Shown here piece after piece: positions 54,213-64,000 of a stretch of DNA of 64,000 bases. This DNA is from Antedon mediterranea (lineage: Eukaryota; Animalia; Echinodermata), in contig NC_092672.1 in assembly GCF_964355755.1 (NCBI RefSeq), positions 5,890,001-5,954,000 on the forward strand. Direction: 5' to 3'. The stretch's first letter is position 1. Each line of letters begins with the position of its first letter. Both the position numbers and the translations under genes were made by a program. The notes under the pieces were generated by a model. That model saw only the letters and a list, made by a program, of their open reading frames with translations. It had not been told where the DNA came from and ran no database searches.

Positions 54213-54762
54213 CTGTTTGTCTTTCTGATGTCTATAAATATTCTAATTGTTTTGTGCTAACTATATAATGTTAATTAGGTAGGTAAATTTAGTGAAAAAT
54301 ATCTGCATATGTCTTTTTTGGGTTTTTTTTTGTGCTAATATCAAAAGTAGTAAAATTTAACATGTTGTCATTGTGCAAATTATCTGGCATGAGGCTCTAA
54401 ATTTTGTTTATCATATTAGTTGAAAATATCAAAATTGTGTTGTTTAACATGCCTAAAATCACCTTTCTTGGGCCAAGAAAACATAAAGAATCAACTTGTT
54501 TCAAGTATGTTGTGAAATAGAGATGTTTCGACACCAGTCAGCAAGGACATTTTCCCCCAATTTTGGCCAGAAAAAAAATGGTTGAGGGGACATGGGATTG
54601 GGCTCAGGGTAATAATTGGGAAATCTCAAGCCACCAGCAACCTCAAACTTAACATGTATGTATGTATATAACATTTTGAATAAAACAGGCCATTATTTCA
54701 GCTAAATAAGTTGATTCAAATTTATGTTGGTTAAATGAATATAGGGTGATACTTGCTCTACA

Positions 54763-55645
54763 TACGCCCGTATTCGTAAACCAGACTTTAGTCGTAGTTA
54801 TATATTACTTCAAATTCGATTCATAAACGAAGTAGTCGAAGTTTGCAGTTCGACTTAATGAAGTCGAGTTGCACACGTCTGGGTAACAAAGACTATACAT
54901 TTGCCAATGACAAGAGAGTATTTGAGGAACAGACGAAATTTTGCGCATTGATATCACTTTCCTTTTTCTTATAAAACTTTTTACGCATCAGGACTATATA
55001 CATGAAAAATAATTTTAATCGTTAATTATTAGAACAAGATCAGTATTAATTTAACAGTGAAGTACTTTTGATTAACAACAAACAAAAACTTCAAAATATA
55101 TTTAGGAACTATGTCGGTACGGTAACTTTCATATTTTCTAGGCCTCCAACAAAGTATGATCGCGAAGAACCACACACTTCATAGCGTGACAAGAAAGCGC
55201 TAGGCCCTCTAAACATTCCATCGAGTGGTGAATTGCCGCATCTCCCATTGTCGCTATGGCGTGACGTAGTTCAAGTCGGACAAAGAAAATAATGTAATTT
55301 GTATACGGTTGTAAATAACGATGATTTTCATTATTATAACATATACCAATGTATATTTAATTATGCTAATATAAAAATAGATTTTTCATTCTTCAATATC
55401 TGGCCAATATAACAACTCAATGACTGTTACATTTTTTATAAACTCGTTTAAATACCATTTAGTCGACCATTTAGCCTGCCCCCTCGAGGACTAAAAAAAT
55501 CGATCAACATCCATCTCGATTTAGTTGAGGTTGGCCTGATTTAGTCGGCGATTTAGTTGAAGTTCGGTTTATGAATTAAAACGACGTCATTTTTAAAGTT
55601 TTAGCTCGAACTACGACTAAAGTCCGGTTTAAGAATATGGGCGTA
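54763..55645. mobile_element. Non-autonomous TIR element (Harbinger-like)
   Basis: TACGCCCGTATTCGTAAACCAGACTTTAGTCGTAGTT ... AACTACGACTAAAGTCCGGTTTAAGAATATGGGCGTA; empty site near 62810. Confidence 0.75.
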
Positions 55646-55784
55646 AGAATTACAATATTATAAAAGGTATATATTGATACTAGTTCACTGAAATTGTAAA
55701 TTTTTCGTATGTGACAGACAAATATTAATAGGAATGATAATTTTTATTTCATGAATGAAATTTTCCTTATGTATATTTCTATGG

Positions 55785-55947
55785 AATACTGTACTCCAAT
55801 TTATTGCATTTCATCATCCGTATACAAGTTGTATGGATTTTTCCAAGTTATTGTGTTTAAATAGTAATACTGTACTCCAATTTATTGCATTTCATCATCC
55901 GTATACAAGTTGTATGGATTTTTCCAAGTTATTGTGTTTAAATAGTA
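55785..55947. repeat. 81-bp perfect tandem duplication
   Basis: AATACTGTACTCCAATTTATTGC...AAATAGT at 55785 and 55866. Confidence 0.9.
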
Positions 55948-56404
55948 ACAAACTACATACTTTGTTGGTGAATGTTATCATAACAATAAAGAAAAGCCGC
56001 TACCTAAAATATTAAAGCGTGATAGCAGTTATTGGCAAAATAGTCCAAATCAGTAATCAACATTGCCCAACAATATTACTTGATCAAACCAGGGAGGTAT
56101 ATGATACCTTCCTGATCAAAATCATATTTATCTGCATTCTTCACAATTTTCATCTCCACATCATCATCATATAAAGTAGTCATGTTGTAATAATAATGAT
56201 ATATCCTTTTAATTACTTCATTCTTGCTTTATTAGCCTATCAAATTAAAGTGAATTATGTATTGCAACAATTTCAGTTCTACATTTTGTTAATGATTAGT
56301 CTGATTATTTAATACCATTCATTTAAAAGAAGAAATAGATGTGTAATATTCCATAATACTATTACCATTTTTCTTTTTTTCATTGTCTTTTCTCAATTTG
56401 TTAT

Positions 56405-56563
56405 TGAGGACCCCATTGGAAATAAGTCCCACATCGGGACTTTCATGGGCTATCCTGCATCTCTGTATCTGTCTTTTTAACATTTTTGAATTGTATATAT
56501 CTTTCTGTATCATAAACTGTGTATGTATTTTTAATGAGATGCAAATAAATCAAATCAAATCAA
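56405..56563 (+). mobile_element. Probable LINE 3' end fragment
   Basis: AGGACCCCATTGGAAATAAGTCCC..GGGACTT..ATGGGCTATCCT stem-loop and AATAAA(TCAAA)n tail. Confidence 0.45.
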
Positions 56564-57005
56564 ACCATAATGAATAATTTTACTGTTAAATAAATATTTT
56601 TTTTATGGTCATATACACAATTAATGCACATGTCACTAAATACTTGATTCAATGTTTAAATCCACTATTTCAATTTCAATATGTTTATAATATTGTAAAA
56701 CGTAGTTTTAATAAAAATGTTTAATTATATTACTACCACCAGTTTATTAAAAAAAAATAATATGATACACTAAATGTAACCAAAAGAATTGTAAATAGCA
56801 TAGGGTATAAAATATGTATAAAGCCAAAAGCGCTAAACACTATTTATATATTAGATGTAGTAGTAGTCCTGTATTGAATGGCTCCCAGTAAAAAGAAGAA
56901 AAATATAAAATGATATGGATTAACATCATCTAAATCTATTAAAAAATTTGTCATCCTTTATCATGAGTATGACTGTTCTTGCCTAAACCAGGGAAGATTG
57001 TAATT

Positions 57006-57269
57006 TCACTCTTCCCAGAAACTAACATAATGAAATTCTCCTATCAGACCAAGATAAAGCTGCGGTTCTTCAGAGTTTGGGTTTTCCTTGATGTCATTGT
57101 AAAAATATTTTTTATCTATACTTTCTTTCAAGCTTGTAAAAATCCGTATATTGCATTTGAGAAACCTGGCCATTCCTCGTGTTGCAGTTTCATCAACCCA
57201 AGTTCCATCTTTTTTAAGTTTACATAGGTAATCTTCATTTACATGTTCCTTAAGGGCATCACCGTTATC
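57006..57269 (-). CDS. Terminal exon: OTU domain C-terminal half (catalytic His)
   Basis: Acceptor TTTTTGTCAATTCCAG; DNGDALKEHVNEDYLCKLKKDGTWVDETATRGMARFLKCNIRIFTS..LYLGLIGEFHYVSFWEE*; missing from the ORF track. Confidence 0.85.
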   Translation of the reverse strand, partial: DNGDALKEHVNEDYLCKLKKDGTWVDETATRGMARFLKCNIRIFTSLKESIDKKYFYNDIKENPNSEEPQLYLGLIGEFHYVSFWEE

Positions 57270-57356
57270 CTGGAATTGACAAAAAGTTAAATAAATGTAT
57301 AGTTAAATGTATACAAATGTATGGTAAATCTGTAATGTATCAAGTTTCAGTCTTAC

Positions 57357-57565
57357 AAAATTTTGCAAGAAGTCTACAAGTCCAGTTCTCATATCTTTTA
57401 CAGATTGTGTAGGCATGCCTAATCTTTCCATCTGATCTTGTATGCAATAGTAAAAACAATTGCCATCTTTGGAAACATCATCAACTATTTTTAAACGAAA
57501 ATATTTTGCATTGTCTTTCAGTCGACGTTCATGATCTTCCAAATCCAATGAGCCATATCCTTCTA
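57357..57565 (-). CDS. Exon: OTU domain N-terminal half (catalytic Cys)
   Basis: EGYGSLDLEDHERRLKDNAKYFRLKIVDDVSKDGNCFYYCIQDQMERLG..MRTGLVDFLQNF, donor GTAAGA, phase 0 to the next exon. Confidence 0.85.
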
Positions 57566-58217
57566 CTGCTTAAGAATTAAAATTGTAAAATTTGGCCTTA
57601 GAAATAGAGTAGCTGGGACGGACGCAGGATTTTCTGGTAGGGGTACAAAAGAGACTGACCATCCCAGCCCCACCATGGTTAAGACTGAGGTGAGAAAATT
57701 TACAATATGAAAAAAAATCTCCTCAGTATCAGTACTGTACTTCGGAAGGTGCACAATGTAAGTAGCTACTTGCATTTATTTCTGTTCCTTGATATTGTTA
57801 AGTAAACAATAAATTTAAACAACAATCATGATTGAAGCACTCCAGAAACTACAATATTCCCTTACATTTGCCAAATGCCTTATATTAATTCAACAGAGAT
57901 ATTAAATTATATAATGTATATCTGTTTTTACTAATACTATAGCTTTTAAATCCACATAATGGACAGTATCTGATTGGCTAGTTCAAAGCCATATTTAATT
58001 GGAGAAAGTCTAGAGTTTTAATGTTTTAAAATGTATTGGTTTGATGATACAGCTCATGTTTATCATAATATAAACTATTAAAGATAACATTTAACTTAAA
58101 ATCTTCCCAGTACAATTCCTGTCATTTTATACCCCATCCTTTTCATGGTACCCCACACCCTTTGGAGGTTTTCAAATGTAGTTTTAAACCATACTTACTC
58201 CTCATTCTGACATTTAC

Positions 58218-59079
58218 CTGACAAGGATTCTTTTTCCTGTGCATCTTTGTTTAATATCACGTTTTTATTTAAATTATCACTTAGTAGCACCACGTCAACA
58301 TCAATTGAATCTACTTCTTCTATTCCATGATCTTTTGAATGTACAAAAAAATCAATGTTTTTTTTTCCTGGGCCTGGTTTTTTTTTATTTTTTACACGAT
58401 TCCCTTTTAACGCTGGAGCTGCAACTTCAAATTCTTTATAGTCATCCTTCAACCACGTCTCTACTGTGTCCTTATCAACGTTAAAGTCACCACCAATTAT
58501 TACAGGAGATGATTGGTACTTCCCTTTCATTTCATTGGCAAAGTCCATAAGATCTTTAAAAGCTTCTTCTTCTTTTGATTTATCATTTGGGCCATGCCAT
58601 GATATTGCTACTACTTTTTTGTTGTGTTCATTGCAATGTCTTAAAATGAGTGTGTGCCGTCGATGAGCATAGACATATTTTTGGTTCTCTGCATCTGGAT
58701 CTATTTCAAATATTGTCTTTTTTAGTAGCATACCATTGCATATTTGACCCTCAGGGGTGTACGTGTAAAGATATTCCTTTTGTTCTTTCTCTTCATTTTT
58801 TGATTCTTGTAAAAAGATTATGTCTTGTGAAATATTTAGAGTTTCGAGGGACTTTGTTATATCTTGACTATTTATATTAAATGTATTTATTTTAAAATCA
58901 TCACATGTTCCAAACACTGGATTATGATCAAATGTTAGTTTTTTGTTTTTTTTCGGTAATTTATTTTTAGTATCAACTGGAGATTTGCCCTTAGCAATAA
59001 CTGAAGAAACCTTTTCAGTATTAACGTCCTTGTCAGTAGTAATTTTCTTGTCACTAGTAGTAATTGGAGTTTTATCCAT
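58218..59079 (-). CDS. EEP/DNase I-fold domain exon (first coding exon of putative EEP-OTU fusion)
   Basis: TFNIN, DIIFLQE, VAISWHG, IIGGDFN, NIDFF; phase-1 donor CAG|GTAAAT at 58218; the unspliced ORF runs to 58195. Confidence 0.8.
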
Positions 59080-59624
59080 ATTTTATGTACAGATTAATAT
59101 TACAGTTGTGTAAATATAAAAACCAAATTTGTTGACTACAGTTTTCTCTTATCAGCTATCCTGTAATTTAAAAAAAGACAATATAATTTTAAATTTAATG
59201 TATCAAATTATAAGTTTGCTTGCACTTACTGACATACATCTTACTGCTTCTTTTGATAAATAATGCATATAGTACTGTAAAATATTTATTTATATACACA
59301 ACAAGAATTTCGCAAAAAGTGTAATTTAACTATTAAACAAAAATAAATCATGATTCTGAACAAGACAATTTGTAAAAATTACTCACATGGAAACATTGGC
59401 CAACTGATGTATAATTTCTTGAAATGAAATGTTTCAAGTCTATGTAGATTAACAACGCTACAGTCTGATAATTGGTATACACCTTAAATGTGTATTGCAA
59501 GTCATCAAATAAAATGAAGTTGTTCTAGAAGTCTATGTAAACACCACAATCTGATATGTTGTATGGAATCTGGTCACCTCACCAAAATTCTAGGTATCAA
59601 ATACACTCAAAATTAGAAATGCTG

Positions 59625-59960
59625 TTATATTTATCATCTATGAAACTCCTCCCCCTGTTATTAGTTCATGATCATCATGCAGTATGCACAAATCACTATG
59701 CAGTAAACGCAAATAGTTTTTTCATTACACACCAATCATTGTGCAGTACACACCCATTTGTCTCGCATTACTACCAATCACTGCAGTACACATCAATAGT
59801 GCAGAAGGCACCAATCACACTATGCATTAAAATAGAATTTTCCACACTACTGCCACATATCAAATCGATTATTACCTGATTAGGCCAATTTAAAAAAATT
59901 TATAATCATTATTACTATTTTAATTCTCTTTTGATTTTTATTTAGGTTAAATTGCATTAA
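59625..59960 (-). promoter_or_regulatory. Putative promoter of EEP-OTU gene
   Basis: CCAATCA at 59732, 59774 and 59811; CTCCTCCCCCT near 59646; donor near 59386, acceptor near 59161; homologous to 28860-29150. Confidence 0.45.
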
Positions 59961-60519
59961 TTGAATCAATAATTAAAATTAAAAAATTTAGGACATCCTT
60001 TTAATTAATGTCGGGTATAGTCATTCCATTATTTACCTCCGCCATGTAATTGATCGCGTTTGTCTGTTTGTTTGTCTATCTGTTTGTTTGTTTTGTTTGT
60101 TTGTTGGATTACTCATTGTTATCAAATAAAATGATTATTATTATTATTTTATTGCATTGCAAAGATCTTGACCATAATGAAAATACAGATATAGATATGT
60201 GGTCAAGGACCACTTCATTAAATTTTGGAGACAATAACTCTCTATAATGATTTTAATCCAGTCATGGTAACAAAATTGAAATGAAACATCTTAATGTTTG
60301 GTTTTAGAAAATGGCTGAACAAGTTGTTTTTATGGTAAATTGAGTCCAAAAGATGCATTGCATCTCAGAAATAGTGAAAGGTGTTTTGGAGTTGAAAGTC
60401 TGTCAACTTTAGAAATCAGTCTGAATCAGAATTAACAGAATTGATTCTATCATTGCAATAAATAAGTTTGAAATGCATAAAAGGTATATTATTATCAATT
60501 AATATTTCCTATATCATTA

Positions 60520-61187
60520 TTTACCTCCGCCAAGGAGGTATATGTAATCGGTAGCGTGTGTTTGTTTGTTTGTTTGTTTGTTACTCAAAAAGTAATTACA
60601 AGATCTTTACCAAAATAAATAGACAGATAGATATGTGGTCAAGGACCATTCCATTAAATTTTGGGACCATTTGGGACCACAGTCCCAATTCTGGACCACT
60701 TTTTAGTATACTTTTTTAGACCTGCTAGTGTTAAACGATAGGACAGAATTTTTCAAAAGCCGGCGAGCAGTCTTAAAGTAACAAGTAAACTGAAATTGCA
60801 TTTTCTCAAGAACTTCTTGTCCAAAAAACTTCATTTTTGAACAAGAGGCAAGAGTTATAATTTGTGATTTGTAATTTTAAAACATAATTTGATTTAATGT
60901 GCACGTTTTTTGATGCGAGTAGTTTAAAAAACCTATTTCTTTTCAAATTCACTCGTTTGATTTTCGCGTTGCTGTTCTATTGTTAGTCAACCGAAGCTAT
61001 TGGTAATTGAAAGGCTTGTTACATAACCATTACACCAAACTCGCATACACATGCTTGTAATGAAATTAGCCTAAATCACAAAGAGCATTAAGACACACAC
61101 AAATATATATATATATATATTTTTTAACCGAAGAAATCTTAATTTTACAGTAGGCGGAGGTATGCCCTCTCGGAGTGGCTTTCTAGT
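60520..61187 (+). mobile_element. Non-autonomous Helentron/HINE-like element (partial second copy at about 60030-60230)
   Basis: Subterminal IR TACCTCCGCC / GGCGGAGGTA, (GTTT)n microsatellite near the left end, short 3' hairpin and CTAGT end. Confidence 0.65.
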
Positions 61188-64000
61188 TTGTATATATGTT
61201 TATCTTATGTTTGTATATTTATTTTTGTGAGTTTTTCAAGTGTTGATTGGTTCAATGGTGGATAATCAAATAACATGGATAACATGGCATTTTTAATGTA
61301 ATAATAATACTATAATTGTTAACACCTTCAATTTGATACTCTCCTTCTGAGAGATCTCTTTGAAGTAGTTTTTGTTTTTTAAATTAATTGTTAAAGAATT
61401 TACTCTCCAAAAGTTTGAATTGTTTACTAGTACAGTTGAATCTTTCGTAAATGTACAACTTCTAATCTGGAATAAAATGTTGACCTATGGAAAATGGTTG
61501 TCAATATCCTCTCTATCATGGTTATGTGTGTTTCTAACACATATTTACCACGTCTATACTATAGTTGATGCTGATCAATGTGTTTGTTTTTGTAATCTGT
61601 CAATGCTATCAGCAAAATGTGCTAAACTAGTTGTCAACATTACTTTCCACTTCCTAATTCAAATTCTGGAATTTACACTCTCTCAGCTTAAGCTCTGTCT
61701 ACACTATCAAACTAGTTTTACAATAAAGTGTGATGTGCGCAAATATGGTAGTGATATGCCCAAATTTGGTAGTGATATGACATATCCATATTTGGGCACA
61801 TCACATTTTTGTTGTCATATAAGGTGTGATAGTGTAGTCAGAGTTTTAGGATTAACTTGAGTAAAACAGAATAAAAGAATTTATAGGAATATTTACAGTG
61901 TATGTAATCAACGTCGATCTAAAATCACTGTTTAACTATTTAAATTTTCATTAAGCAAAATAATAAGCAGTATAATACCATAGATACAATTATATACCAT
62001 AGATATAACCTAGACATCTGATTGGTTAGCAGTATAATACCATAGATACTATTATATACCATTGATATATCTGATTGGTTAGCAGTATAGTACCATAGAT
62101 ACTATTATATACCATATCATTGATATATAACCTAGACATCTGATTGGTTAAAACTACACGCATAATTTAACTTGTGTCTGCTTCACTGAACTACTGTAAT
62201 CTGATCAATTTCAGGTTTTACTGCCCTCAACTTCTCTCATCATAAATTACACTATTTGTTATGCATTCTGTATGCTTGTGTCTTCCATAATTCATTTGTT
62301 CTCTGATGGTCAGTTTTTTTTTTTTCATTTTCTTGATTCTTGTATTTACTTTAGACAGGCCTTTACCCTGAAGTAGGTTGAATATGGCTAACAATGATGA
62401 TGATTTACTTTGCTACAACATTTTGTTTCCTTTCTATGGTGTGCTTTTGTTTTACAACTCATAGTTTGTCTTTCTGATGTCTATATTATTATTATTATAC
62501 TTTAATTTTTCTGTGGTTACTAATGGTAATTGGATAGGTAAATCTAGTGAAAAAGAAAGGCTCACATTTTTTCAGCAATCTCAATTTTTTTAGGAATATT
62601 TCCGGCCCTGGATATTGACCCCAGTCGGTCAGGACATTTCCCCCCAATTTAGGCCAAAAAAAAATTGGTCATAATTGGGAAATCTCAAGCCACCAGCAAC
62701 CTCAAACTTTACATGTATGTATTCAACATTGTGAATAAAAAAGTTACTCTAAATAAGTTGATTAATTCATGATTTATGTTGGGTAAATGAATATAGGATG
62801 ATACTTGCTCTACTAAGAATTACAATTACTATAGTAAAAGGTATATAATGATCTACTTTGATGTTCACTAAAATTTTAACTTTTTCTTACGCTTATTGCT
62901 CTTTGAATTTTTAGTCATCTAACTTAAAAATCTTATCATGGCCTTCATTAAGGATAGGATTGTTCTGTAAGTTTGGTATTGAAAAGAACGTGATAATTTC
63001 GAAAAGTCAGTCATGATTGGGAGTGTCATTTTGTCCAACTAGTGGTGCCGTTTATTATGAATGTTACGTGCGAGAATACCATTTTCAGCCATCTAGGGGT
63101 ACCATGAGTGAACCAAATTCGCTTTGCCTCAGGCCCCATCATGGTGAAGGGCTGTAGCTCAAATACTTGGTTTCCGAAATCCCCCACAAAAATAGTGTAA
63201 TCTGTGGCGCATTTCAATCCCTCTGGTTGGTAACTATGCAATAGTAAAAAAAAGTATGAAGTGATAATTTACAAAACTAAAATTTCTATCAATATAGGAT
63301 ACATCTTTTGAATAGTTTCTTGTTAGATATTTTGTGTGGCAATGAATTGAATTAACCTTAATATATATAATGTTTTGTTGAAATAGTACAGTATCTAATA
63401 TGTAATTTCAAATCAATTTTTATTAATCTCTCCTCTTTTCAAAATGTTTCAATATTTTTCACTTAAAAGTTTCACTTTTGGTGGTAAATTGAGTCGTTCC
63501 AATTCATGAAATAGTGAAAGGAGTGATGATTGTTTTGGAGTTCAATGTCCGTCAACTTTAGAATTGATTCTACTGAGAGACTACAGCTGCATGTTACACA
63601 TTTAATAATGGTTTTATGCATTACAATAAATAAGTTGCATTCAATGCATAAAAGGTATTATAATTCTATTATGGCTAGCTAATTAGAACCATCGTTACAT
63701 TGAAATAATACGTAGTTTCAAATATCAATTTTAGAAATTTGTTGATTATTTGACAAAATTTATTCTCCTGAGAGATTCTACAGCTGACACATTGCTATCA
63801 TTTTGTAACCCATTTTACTCTATTGTATATACACAGCCTGGAAGCCCATTAACCATTACTATTTCTTTCATTCATTGATATTGATATCAAATGATGAGAA
63901 CATACCACAGGTGTCACTGAGTTTTGTTATGTTAGCCAGCAGTGACATACATGGTGTTAATGTACTTTATTCTCTCCCCTTACCTTATCTGACCTCCCCT

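Larger units (their letters stand above)
29950..64000. repeat. Array of degenerate kilobase-scale direct segmental duplications
   Basis: The same blocks recur in order, e.g. the GATTGGGAGTGTCATTT..GGGGTACCATG..CTATGCAAT block at about 30425, 36220, 44325, 46985 and 63010. Confidence 0.9.

Overview
AT-rich, repeat-dense metazoan genomic DNA (spliceosomal introns, Deu/Nin-type and CORE-type SINEs; probably a marine invertebrate, by inference). Host genes: (1) five 3' coding exons of a PARN-family gene most like PNLDC1 on + (18510-23764); (2) a single-exon EEP/DNase I-fold gene on - (25291-26292) with degenerate catalytic motifs; (3) its paralogue on - (59079-57006), which appears to splice in frame to two more exons encoding a complete OTU deubiquitinase domain, giving an EEP-OTU fusion of about 444 aa that the ORF track splits up. 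The two EEP genes share a homologous CCAAT-rich upstream region. From about 30 kb to 64 kb lies an array of degenerate segmental duplications carrying a 5-copy exon-like block. The array is interrupted by a MULE-like element, a CR1-group LINE with an intact ORF2, and a Mag-like Gypsy retrotransposon whose central 2.04 kb is inverted between 14-bp inverted repeats. Two tRNA-Val(AAC)-like sequences and many MITEs, minisatellites and microsatellites are also present. All family calls come from motif recognition by eye; no database searches were run.
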